Shown here piece by piece: positions 25,653-33,633 of a DNA stretch of 44,404 nucleotides. Location of the stretch: NCBI GenBank assembly GCA_046861655.1, contig JBHIAI010000006.1, forward strand, positions 1 to 44,404, in the 5' to 3' direction. Under the pieces are notes generated by a model that saw only the letters and a list, made by a program, of their open reading frames with translations, did not search any database and was not told where the DNA came from. Positions within the stretch are counted from its first letter, which is position 1. The number at the start of each line of letters is the position of its first letter. The DNA is from Fidelibacterota bacterium. GTDB taxonomy: Bacteria; Fidelibacterota; Marinisomatia; Marinisomatales; S15-B10. Position numbers and translations under genes: made by a program.

Positions 25653-26567
25653 ATGCCGGTCCTCAATCTGACTGCCGACGTATCGGGGGTTCGTCTGGAT
25701 AGGTATCTCGCGGATGAAATCGAGATCGTGTCCCGGTCGAAAATCAAGCGGGTCATCGAGTCTCAAGGGGTACTGGTGAATGGGCAACAGGTGAAACCGA
25801 GTTATCTCATACAGGGCGGGGAGGTCATCCTGGTAGATATCCCCGACCAGGGGCCTGTCCGGGTGGGAGCCGAGGATATTCCCCTGGACATTATCCATGA
25901 GGATCATGATCTTATTGTTGTGAATAAACAGGCCGGCCTGGTGGTTCATCCCGGGGCCGGAAATAGAACCGGGACTCTGGTGAATGCTCTGGTGTATCAC
26001 TTCGACCGTCTTTCCAAGGGTCACGGACCTCAGCGACCCGGTATCGTTCACCGTCTGGACAAGAATACGTCCGGGGTACTTGTCGTAGCCAAGAACGACC
26101 AGGCCCACCTCTTTCTTGCCCGGCAGTTTGCCCGGCGAACCGTGGAAAAAATGTATCTGGCTTTGGTCTGGGGTCTCCTGAAGGACAGGGAGGGGACGGT
26201 GGACGAGCCCCTGGTGAGACATCCGCGAAAACGGCGAAAATTTACCTGCGACCATGGCGGAAGACCGGCTGTTACCCGGTACCGAACGGAAAAAGAATAC
26301 GGGGACCTGTCCCTGGTGGAATTGTTCCCTCTGACGGGCAGGACCCATCAACTGCGAGTCCACATGTCCTGGATTGGACACCCCATTCTGGGAGACCCGG
26401 ACTACGGTGGGGGACGATCGAGGACAAAACTGATCGGCCGCCAGGCTCTTCATGCCCGTCGCATTACGTTCCTTCATCCCAGTACCGGGGAAAGGGTATT
26501 GTTTTCAGCACCCGTACCGGAAGATTTTCAAACCGTTCTAGATCGCCTGGAGCGAGGGGATGAGTGA
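25653..26567 (+). CDS. rluD: RluA/RluD family 23S rRNA pseudouridine synthase
   Basis: N-terminal S4 domain; NKQAGLVVHP, GIVHRLDKNTSG and TGRTHQLRVH motifs. Confidence 0.93.
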   Translation: MPVLNLTADVSGVRLDRYLADEIEIVSRSKIKRVIESQGVLVNGQQVKPSYLIQGGEVILVDIPDQGPVRVGAEDIPLDIIHEDHDLIVVNKQAGLVVHPGAGNRTGTLVNALVYHFDRLSKGHGPQRPGIVHRLDKNTSGVLVVAKNDQAHLFLARQFARRTVEKMYLALVWGLLKDREGTVDEPLVRHPRKRRKFTCDHGGRPAVTRYRTEKEYGDLSLVELFPLTGRTHQLRVHMSWIGHPILGDPDYGGGRSRTKLIGRQALHARRITFLHPSTGERVLFSAPVPEDFQTVLDRLERGDE

Positions 26568-27843
26568 CCCCAAGCGGGAAACCGTTGAACGGTTCCTGGA
26601 GTACCTGGAAAAAGAAAGGAACTATTCTCCCCTTACCATCCAATCCTACCGGAGGGATCTGACCCAATTCTGCCGGTTCCTGAACACGTATCAAGGAAGG
26701 ACTGTTGGTCATTTTCGCGGGGTTGACAGGTTCACCGGGAGGCACTTCCTGAACTACCTCATGGAGACCGAATTCCAGCTGGGAGGTGGCAGGAAGGGAA
26801 ACCTGAATCAACGATCGGTGGCAAGAAAGCTGGCGGCAGTAAAATCCATGTTCAAGTATCTTGTGAAGGCGGAGGAAATAGCCGTCGATCCCTTATCCTC
26901 GCTGAAGGCTCCCAAACTGTCGCGGAAACTTCCTTCCTTTCTGGAAGAGGGAATCATTCCGGCCCTGGCCAACCTCCCTTTTCCCGAGACCTTTGAGATT
27001 CAGCGGGACCTGGCCATCATGGAATTCTTTTATAGCACGGGGATGCGCCTGGCGGAACTTGTGAGCGTTTCCGTGAGGGACCTTGATTCCGAGGAGAACC
27101 TGGTGCGGGTGGTAGGAAAAGGAAATAAGGAACGAATCATCCCCTTTGGAGATACGGCCAAGAAGAGAATATCCGTTTATCTCAGGGTCAGGGCACAGGA
27201 GTTGGGAACTCCGGAACCCGAGCACCGGTTATTTGTGACCCGGCGGGGAGCATCCATATCGCCCCGGACCGTTCAGCACAGGTTGAAGCAGTTGTTCGAC
27301 CAACTTTCGGTCAGGCTTGCTCCCGTTCCGGAATCCACGGCAGGATGCCGGGACAGGGCCATGGTGGAGCTGACCTATTCCACCCCTCTAAAGCCCCGGG
27401 ACCTGGTGAAGCTCAATGTGAGCCATGTCAAGACGGACAATGGTCATGTGACCGTGACGCGACCGGGAAATCCTGACGAGGTTTATTCCCTTCGGGACCT
27501 TCCGGCGGACAGCATCGCTTCTTACCTGGAAAAGCGCAGGGGCCCGCATACCGGGGATGAACCACCATCGGAGACCTCACCTCTTTTTACCTCCGATGAG
27601 GGAAAACCGATGAATCTGGCGGACATTCAAAGGGTGGTACGGGACTACCGCAAGCGGGGATTCAAATTCAGCCCCCATGTCCTGCGTCATACGTTCGCCA
27701 CTCATCTTGTGGACAGGGGCATGGATATCCGGGCTGTGAAGGAGCTTTTGGGCCACGCCAGTCTGTCATCGACTCAGCTCTACACTCACATGAGGGTGGA
27801 GCAGATGAAGAAGGAGTACGACCGGGCCCATCCCCACGCCTGA
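26560..27843 (+). CDS. xerC: Tyrosine recombinase XerC-like, with internal duplication (427 aa)
   Basis: SAM-like N-domain (YSPLTIQSYRRDL); catalytic R163, K187, H373-x-x-R376, H399 and Y408; C-terminal HPHA. Confidence 0.88.
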   Translation: MSDPKRETVERFLEYLEKERNYSPLTIQSYRRDLTQFCRFLNTYQGRTVGHFRGVDRFTGRHFLNYLMETEFQLGGGRKGNLNQRSVARKLAAVKSMFKYLVKAEEIAVDPLSSLKAPKLSRKLPSFLEEGIIPALANLPFPETFEIQRDLAIMEFFYSTGMRLAELVSVSVRDLDSEENLVRVVGKGNKERIIPFGDTAKKRISVYLRVRAQELGTPEPEHRLFVTRRGASISPRTVQHRLKQLFDQLSVRLAPVPESTAGCRDRAMVELTYSTPLKPRDLVKLNVSHVKTDNGHVTVTRPGNPDEVYSLRDLPADSIASYLEKRRGPHTGDEPPSETSPLFTSDEGKPMNLADIQRVVRDYRKRGFKFSPHVLRHTFATHLVDRGMDIRAVKELLGHASLSSTQLYTHMRVEQMKKEYDRAHPHA

Positions 27844-27855
27844 GGGGAAAACGTC

Positions 27856-29478
27856 ATGACTGTAGACCTCGGATACCTGGGGATCACGGATGCCGGCGAA
27901 ATCGGATACAATCTCCCTCCGGACATTCTTGTGGAAAAAGTCCTGACTCGGGGCGAAGGCAAGTTGGGTATGAACGGGGCTCTCATGGTGGATACGGGCC
28001 GGTATACCGGCCGGTCCCCCAATGACAAGTTCTTCGTTCGAAAGGGTTCCGGAGACTCAAACATTTGGTGGGGTCCCGTCAACCGGCCTGTTTCGGAGGA
28101 GGTATTCCACATACTTCTGAAAAAAGTGGTGGAGTTCTACAACCGCAATGAAGACGGTCCGGGGGCCCTTGTGTTCGACGGGTTTTGTGGAGCCGACAGG
28201 GAATCGGCCCTTCCCGTCCGGTTTGTTGCCAAGAAGGCCTGGCAGGCCTTATTCGTCCATAACATGTTTATCCCACCGGGAAAGGAAGAACTGAAAGGAT
28301 TCCGCCCCGGGTTTACCATCATCAACGCTTCCCCGGTCGTTGACGAGGACTGGGAGAAACACGGCCTCAATTCAGAAACCTTCATCATCTTCAACCTGGA
28401 ACGGCGGATCGGCATCATTGGAGGATCCGAGTACGGTGGAGAAATGAAGAAAGGGATCTTTTCCATCATGAACTATTATCTCCCTCTGGACGGCACCCTT
28501 ACTATGCATTGTGCCTCGAATGTGGACATGAAGGGAGAAAACTGTGCCCTGTTTTTTGGTCTTTCGGGGACAGGAAAGACCACCCTTTCCACCGACCCCG
28601 ATCGTCTCCTGGTGGGCGATGACGAACATGGATGGTCTCAAAGGGGCATTTTCAACCTGGAGGGAGGATGCTACGCCAAGGTCATAAATCTGAGCAAGGA
28701 TTCGGAGCCGGGCATCTGGGGGGCCATCAAGCACGGTGCTCTTCTGGAAAACGTCGTGTTCGATGAGAAAACTAGAAAGGTGGATTTCTCAGACGCTTCC
28801 AAGACCGAAAACACCCGGGTGTCTTACCCCTTGAACCACATCGAGGCGTCCCTGGTATCCCGGGGAAAACCCAGTGTGACCGGTCATCCTAAGACGATTC
28901 TGTTTCTTTCCGCCGATGCCTACGGGATTCTCCCCCCCGTAGCGAGACTGACTCCTGATCAAGCCATGTACCATTTCATCTCCGGCTACACGGCCAAGGT
29001 GGGGGGAACCGAGAGAGGGGTCACGGAGCCCGAGGCCACTTTTTCGCCCTGTTTCGGGGGGCCATTTCTCACCCTTGAGCCCCTGACCTATGCCAAATTG
29101 TTGAGGGAAAAAATGAAAGAGCACGGAACCCGGGTTTATCTTGTGAATACAGGATGGAGCGGGGGATCGGTCGCCTCGGGCGCTGACCGAATGCCCCTGA
29201 AGGTGACCCGCGGCATCGTTACGGCCATCCTTTCAGGAGAGTTGGAGAAAGCCTCTTTTGAATCGGAACCCGTTTTCGGACTGGAGGTGCCCACCTCACT
29301 GGCCGGAGTGGATCGTTCCTTTCTCATGCCAAGAAATGCCTGGTCGGACAAGGACTCTTATGACCGGACCGCAAGGTCTGTTGCGGAGAAATTCAGGGAT
29401 AACTTCAAGCAATATGCAAGAGCTGAACCGTCACTGGAAAAAGCGGGACCACACTCCATTGCTCGGACAGGCTCCTAA
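27856..29478 (+). CDS. pckA: Phosphoenolpyruvate carboxykinase (ATP)
   Basis: TGRSPNDKF, YGGEMKKG, FFGLSGTGKTTLS, GDDEHGW, NLEGGCYAK and ENTR motifs. Confidence 0.98.
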   Translation: MTVDLGYLGITDAGEIGYNLPPDILVEKVLTRGEGKLGMNGALMVDTGRYTGRSPNDKFFVRKGSGDSNIWWGPVNRPVSEEVFHILLKKVVEFYNRNEDGPGALVFDGFCGADRESALPVRFVAKKAWQALFVHNMFIPPGKEELKGFRPGFTIINASPVVDEDWEKHGLNSETFIIFNLERRIGIIGGSEYGGEMKKGIFSIMNYYLPLDGTLTMHCASNVDMKGENCALFFGLSGTGKTTLSTDPDRLLVGDDEHGWSQRGIFNLEGGCYAKVINLSKDSEPGIWGAIKHGALLENVVFDEKTRKVDFSDASKTENTRVSYPLNHIEASLVSRGKPSVTGHPKTILFLSADAYGILPPVARLTPDQAMYHFISGYTAKVGGTERGVTEPEATFSPCFGGPFLTLEPLTYAKLLREKMKEHGTRVYLVNTGWSGGSVASGADRMPLKVTRGIVTAILSGELEKASFESEPVFGLEVPTSLAGVDRSFLMPRNAWSDKDSYDRTARSVAEKFRDNFKQYARAEPSLEKAGPHSIARTGS

Positions 29479-29491
29479 GGGAGGACCTGGA

Positions 29492-29782
29492 ATGAATGTA
29501 GATATCACCCTTCGGCATGGACCATCCGATGACAACATCCGGGAATACGCCATGAAGAAAATCCGGAAGGTTAGCCGCCTTGCCAACAAGGCCATAGGGT
29601 GCCATGTTGTCCTGGACTGGGAGAATAATGAACAGATAGCGGAGATCAATCTTTCGGTTTCAGGAAAACAAATCTTTGTACGGGAATCGACAGATGACAT
29701 GTACCGTTCCGTCGATGGGGCGGTGGACAAGCTCGTCACCAGGTTGAAGAAATTCAAGACCACCCGGTATTCCCACAACTGA
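29492..29782 (+). CDS. hpf: Ribosome hibernation factor HPF/RaiA (short form)
   Basis: SD GGAGG and ATG 29492; MNVDITLRH...DMYRSVDGAVDKL. Confidence 0.9.
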   Translation: MNVDITLRHGPSDDNIREYAMKKIRKVSRLANKAIGCHVVLDWENNEQIAEINLSVSGKQIFVRESTDDMYRSVDGAVDKLVTRLKKFKTTRYSHN

Positions 29783-29867
29783 GCAGGGGTGGAGCCTCTG
29801 TAACTCCCGATTTGAACCTCGCCGACACCCACCCGTTGTTTTCCCGTTACCCCGTTACCGTCCGTCG

Positions 29868-30791
29868 GTGAAGGTTATCATCCCCATTGCGGGTCTGGGC
29901 ACCCGCCTCTTGCCCCATACGATAAAGAGACAAAAATGCCTTTTGCCCGTAGCGGGGAAACCTGTTATCGACCACATCCTGGAGCCTCTTGTATGGGGAA
30001 ATTTTGATCCCATCGTACTGATCACCGGGCATCTGGAGGATCAGGTCAGGGACCACGTGAAGAAATACGATGCCCGTTTCGAGTTTGTGCGACAGCCGGA
30101 TCCCCTGGGATTAGGCCACGCGGTCTTCCTGGGTCTTGAGAATACGGACGAACCTGCCATGATCCAGCTGGGGGACGTGATTTACCACCTCGACTTCGGC
30201 GATTTTTGCCATTCTCCTCATCACAGGCTGGCCGTGGATACCGTACCCGATCCTCAGCGTTTTGGTGTGGTGGAGACCGAAGGAGACAGGGTGGTCAAGC
30301 TCTACGAAAAACCCGAGCATCCTCCCACCAATCTCGCTGTGATTGGTCTTTACTATATTTCGAATCAACGGGTCCTGTGGGAGGCGATTAACGACCTTCT
30401 TCACAGAGGCATCAAGACCCGGGGTGAGATTCAATTGACCGATGCGTTCGGGAAGATGGTCTCCGACGGCGAGTCCATCGGCTTTACCCGGGTGTCTGAA
30501 TGGTTCGATTGCGGCATTCCCGAGACGTTTCTGTCTTCGAACCGCCGGCTTCTCTCCCCCTCTGGTCTGAGGATCGAAAGCTCGGAGATTGTTGACCCCG
30601 TGAGCATTGGGAAGGATTGTAAAATCGTAAATTCTACCGTGGGTCCCCATGTTACCCTGATGGATGGGTGCCGAATTTCCGATTCCACCATCGCGGACGC
30701 CATCGTCCTGTGGAACGCCCGGCTTGATGGCACCAGGGTTTTGCATGCCATCGTGGAGGAGGGAGACCCAGCCGGAGGAGAGGTACAATAG
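29868..30791 (+). CDS. Sugar-1-phosphate nucleotidyltransferase (long form with beta-helix tail)
   Basis: IPIAGLGTRLLP, QPDPLGLGHA, EKP, GEIQLTDA and WFDCG motifs; C-terminal hexapeptide repeats. Confidence 0.9.
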   Translation: MKVIIPIAGLGTRLLPHTIKRQKCLLPVAGKPVIDHILEPLVWGNFDPIVLITGHLEDQVRDHVKKYDARFEFVRQPDPLGLGHAVFLGLENTDEPAMIQLGDVIYHLDFGDFCHSPHHRLAVDTVPDPQRFGVVETEGDRVVKLYEKPEHPPTNLAVIGLYYISNQRVLWEAINDLLHRGIKTRGEIQLTDAFGKMVSDGESIGFTRVSEWFDCGIPETFLSSNRRLLSPSGLRIESSEIVDPVSIGKDCKIVNSTVGPHVTLMDGCRISDSTIADAIVLWNARLDGTRVLHAIVEEGDPAGGEVQ

Positions 30792-30793
30792 TG

Positions 30794-30823
30794 TTGATTT
30801 TCCCGGGGAATGGGGATTAACTT
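30794..30823 (+). promoter_or_regulatory. Promoter TTGATT-18-TAACTT for metK
   Basis: TTGATT 30794-99, TAACTT 30818-23. Confidence 0.6.
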
Positions 30824-30865
30824 TTCTGGCCTTTCTCTTCTCTGAAAGCACCCGAGAGGTACCAT

Positions 30866-32017
30866 GTGAAACGCCTGGTCTTTACGTCAGAATCCGTCAC
30901 TGAAGGTCATCCTGATAAGATATGTGACCAGATATCCGACGCCATTCTGGATGACATCCTGCGTCAAGATCCGGATGCCAGGGTGGCTTGCGAGGTATTG
31001 ACCTCCACGGGTCTGGTTTTGGTGGCGGGAGAGATTACCACTGCCTGCTATTCCGACATTCCCACCGTTGTCCGTCAGACCCTGAAGGAAATCGGCTACA
31101 CCAATCCTGATTTCGGGCTCGATTATCAGGATTGTTCCGTGCTCATTTCGGTTCATGAGCAAAGTAAGGCCATTGCCGTGGGTGTCGAGGAGACGGAAGG
31201 CCACGCCCAGGGGGCAGGGGACCAGGGTCTCATGTTTGGATATGCCTGCGATGAGACTGACGTCCAGATGCCTCTTCCCATTCATCTGGCGCACCGGCTG
31301 GCCAGGCGGCTGGCCAGTGTAAGAAAGGAAAGGGTGCTTCCCTGGGTCCGTCCCGATGGCAAATCCCAGGTATCCGTCCTTTATGAGGACTCCCGGCCGG
31401 TGCGGCTGGAGAAAGTGGTCATCGCCGTTCAGCACGATCCGGACATTGAGAATGAAGCGATTCATTCAGAGATAAAGGAAAAGGTTATTCTCCCCGTATG
31501 CACAGACTGGGTCCACGACGGGACAGAGTTTCTTATCAATTCCACTGGAAGATTCGACAAGGGAGGGCCCGAAGCAGATACCGGTCTGACAGGCCGGAAG
31601 ATCATTGTGGATACCTACGGGGGGATGGCCAGACATGGGGGAGGGTGCTTTTCAGGAAAAGACCCAAGCAAAGTGGATCGTTCGGCCTCCTACATGGCCC
31701 GGTACATAGCCAAGAATTTTGTGTCGGCCGGACTTGCCGAAAGGTGCGAGATTCAGATGGCCTATTCCATTGGGGAGGCCGAGCCGGTGTCCCTTTCCGT
31801 GGATACCTTCGGTACAGGAAGAGTGCCAGACTCACGCCTGGAAACTGTGGTGAGGCGGCACTTCCCCGTTACCCCCAAAGAGATCATCTCTCATCTGGAC
31901 TTAAAAAGACCCATCTACCGTTCAACAGCCGCCTACGGTCATTTCGGCCGAGAGGAGGAGACGTTCACCTGGGAGAAAACGGACAAAGTGGAAGAACTCA
32001 GGAAATATTTGACCTGA
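30866..32017 (+). CDS. metK: S-adenosylmethionine synthetase
   Basis: [33 protein letters not shown] and [12 protein letters not shown] motifs. Confidence 0.98.
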   Translation: MKRLVFTSESVTEGHPDKICDQISDAILDDILRQDPDARVACEVLTSTGLVLVAGEITTACYSDIPTVVRQTLKEIGYTNPDFGLDYQDCSVLISVHEQSKAIAVGVEETEGHAQGAGDQGLMFGYACDETDVQMPLPIHLAHRLARRLASVRKERVLPWVRPDGKSQVSVLYEDSRPVRLEKVVIAVQHDPDIENEAIHSEIKEKVILPVCTDWVHDGTEFLINSTGRFDKGGPEADTGLTGRKIIVDTYGGMARHGGGCFSGKDPSKVDRSASYMARYIAKNFVSAGLAERCEIQMAYSIGEAEPVSLSVDTFGTGRVPDSRLETVVRRHFPVTPKEIISHLDLKRPIYRSTAAYGHFGREEETFTWEKTDKVEELRKYLT

Positions 32018-32020
32018 ACG

Positions 32021-32158
32021 ATTCACCACAGAGGACACAGAGGAGCACAAAAAGAGAGACTTAGGAACATGGGGCAGGATCACAATAACAGGAATAACAT
32101 AACGGTAGTGTTTCTTGTATCGAGCAGTTTCTCTCTGTGCTCTCTGTGGTTGTTGAAT
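32021..32158. repeat. MITE-like inverted repeat built from 9-bp CACAGAGxx units
   Basis: Left arm ACCACAGAGGACACAGAG (32025-42) and right arm CTCTGTGCTCTCTGTGGT (32133-50) are 16/18 complementary; AT-rich spacer of about 90 nt. Confidence 0.75.
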
Positions 32159-32186
32159 AGAATTCGTTGATAAGGAGTCGTCCATC

Positions 32187-33443
32187 GTGATTGACCATGA
32201 TGTTAAGGATCTGGAATTAGCGGAACACGGAAAAAAGGACATTCTTTGGGCGGACCGGCACATGCCCGTTCTGGCCTCCATCAGAGAGCGATTTACCGAT
32301 GAGAGTCCCCTCAAAGGCATTCAGCTGTCCGCCTGCCTCCACGTGACAAAAGAGACGGCAAACTTGATGAGAACCCTCAAAGCAGGAGGAGCGGAGGTTC
32401 TTCTGTGTGCCTCCAATCCTCTCTCCACCCAAGACGGCGTGGCGGCCTCGCTGGTGAACGATTTCGATGTATCGACGTACGCGGTGAACGGGGAGGACCG
32501 TGAAACCTATTACGATCACATCCGGGCTGCCCTCGACCGGAAACCTCAGATTACCCTGGATGACGGAGCAGACCTGATCAGCACCCTTCATTCCGATTAT
32601 GCCGGTCAGGCTTCAAGCGTGAAATGCAGCATGGAAGAAACAACCACAGGCGTGATCCGGCTGAAAGCCATGGAGGAATCCGGAAGTCTGAAAATCCCGG
32701 TGGTGGCCGTCAACGACGCCAATGCCAAGCATCTTTTCGACAACCGCTACGGGACGGGTCAATCCACCATTGATGGCATAATCCGGGCCACCGATGTTCT
32801 TCTGGCGGGCAAAACCCTGGTGGTGTGCGGGTACGGTATGTGCGGCCGGGGGCTGGCAAGCCGGGCCAGGGGAATGGGCGCCCATGTGGTCGTCACAGAA
32901 GTGGATCCCCTCCATGCCCTTGAGGCGGCCATGGATGGATTCCAGGTCATGCCCATGGATGAAGCCGCCCCCGTTGGGGACATTTTCTGCACGGTCACGG
33001 GAAACACAAAAGTGCTGAACCTATCCCACTTTGAGAGGATGAAAGATGGGACCATCCTGGCCAATTCCGGACACTTCAATGTGGAAATCGATACCGAATC
33101 CCTGGAAATGGTGGCCACTGAGGTGAATCGTAAGGTGAGGCAACATGTGGATGAATACGTTCTGGCTGACGGCAGGCGCCTCTATCTTCTGGGTCAGGGT
33201 CGATTGATCAACCTGGTGGCGGCCCAGGGGCATCCTTCCTCCGTCATGGATATGAGCTTTTCCCTCCAGGCCCTCATGGCAGAGTATGCGGTCAGGAACG
33301 AATTGCCCGTGGCCGTTCATAGGGTTCCTCTGGAGATCGACGAACGGGTCGCCAGCCTGAAACTCAAGGCCAGGGGGATCGGAATCGATACACTCACCGA
33401 AGAGCAACGGGACTACCTGAACTCCTGGGAATCCGGGACTTAG
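32187..33443 (+). CDS. ahcY: Adenosylhomocysteinase (short type)
   Basis: ACLHVT, SNPLST, DDGAD, EETTTG, FDNRYGTGQS, GYGMCG and GHPSSVMDMSF motifs; SD AAGGAG. Confidence 0.98.
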   Translation: MIDHDVKDLELAEHGKKDILWADRHMPVLASIRERFTDESPLKGIQLSACLHVTKETANLMRTLKAGGAEVLLCASNPLSTQDGVAASLVNDFDVSTYAVNGEDRETYYDHIRAALDRKPQITLDDGADLISTLHSDYAGQASSVKCSMEETTTGVIRLKAMEESGSLKIPVVAVNDANAKHLFDNRYGTGQSTIDGIIRATDVLLAGKTLVVCGYGMCGRGLASRARGMGAHVVVTEVDPLHALEAAMDGFQVMPMDEAAPVGDIFCTVTGNTKVLNLSHFERMKDGTILANSGHFNVEIDTESLEMVATEVNRKVRQHVDEYVLADGRRLYLLGQGRLINLVAAQGHPSSVMDMSFSLQALMAEYAVRNELPVAVHRVPLEIDERVASLKLKARGIGIDTLTEEQRDYLNSWESGT

Positions 33444-33473
33444 TCCTCTGTCAAGATGAACCTGATGGAAGGA

Positions 33474-33580
33474 TGTCATTCTGAGGAGAAAAGCGACGAA
33501 GAATCTCCTTTTCCAATGAAAAAGGTTCCCGTTCGTGAGCAGCGAGATTCTTCTCCCGCCCGGGCGGGATCAGAATGACA
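33474..33580. repeat. REP/MITE-like nested palindrome (TGTCATTCTGA...TCAGAATGACA)
   Basis: Perfect 11-bp terminal IR (33474-84/33570-80), perfect 10-bp inner IR GAAGAATCTC/GAGATTCTTC (33498-507/33544-53), and an extra TCCCGCC-CG-GGCGGGA hairpin (33554-69). Confidence 0.85.
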
Positions 33581-33633
33581 ACCAACCATATTCACCATGA
33601 GGGAGCACTAGCTTCCTCGTTCATACCGTTTCC

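Noticed and set aside
25101..26477. Long antisense ORFs (458 aa here; also 35350-36651, 23954-24952, 42110-43081, 8235-9182, 15187-16119)
   Set aside because: These are shadow frames of well-supported genes in GC-rich DNA, with no motifs or RBS.
26560..27843. Prophage or genomic-island integrase
   Set aside because: Flanked by housekeeping genes, has a XerC-type HPxA C-terminus, and I see no att repeats, tRNA or cargo.
29258..29491. N-terminal extension of hpf in the ORF track (likewise hflX from 7890, pyrE from 12637, murQ from 42107)
   Set aside because: These overlap upstream genes or promoters; better downstream starts with an SD or coupling exist.
29783..29867. tRNA-like start GGGGTGGAGC and short CCCGTT repeats
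   Set aside because: No cloverleaf or T-arm; the repeats are too short and have no spacers, so this is not a CRISPR array.
30792..30865. SAM riboswitch upstream of metK
   Set aside because: The gap is only 74 nt and largely promoter, with no SAM-I/II consensus.
32040..32145. SAH riboswitch upstream of ahcY (GAGGAGC...CAGGATC...AACGG look-alikes)
   Set aside because: It lacks the GAGCG(C/U)UGC core and a proper P1/pseudoknot; the inverted-repeat element explains the region better.
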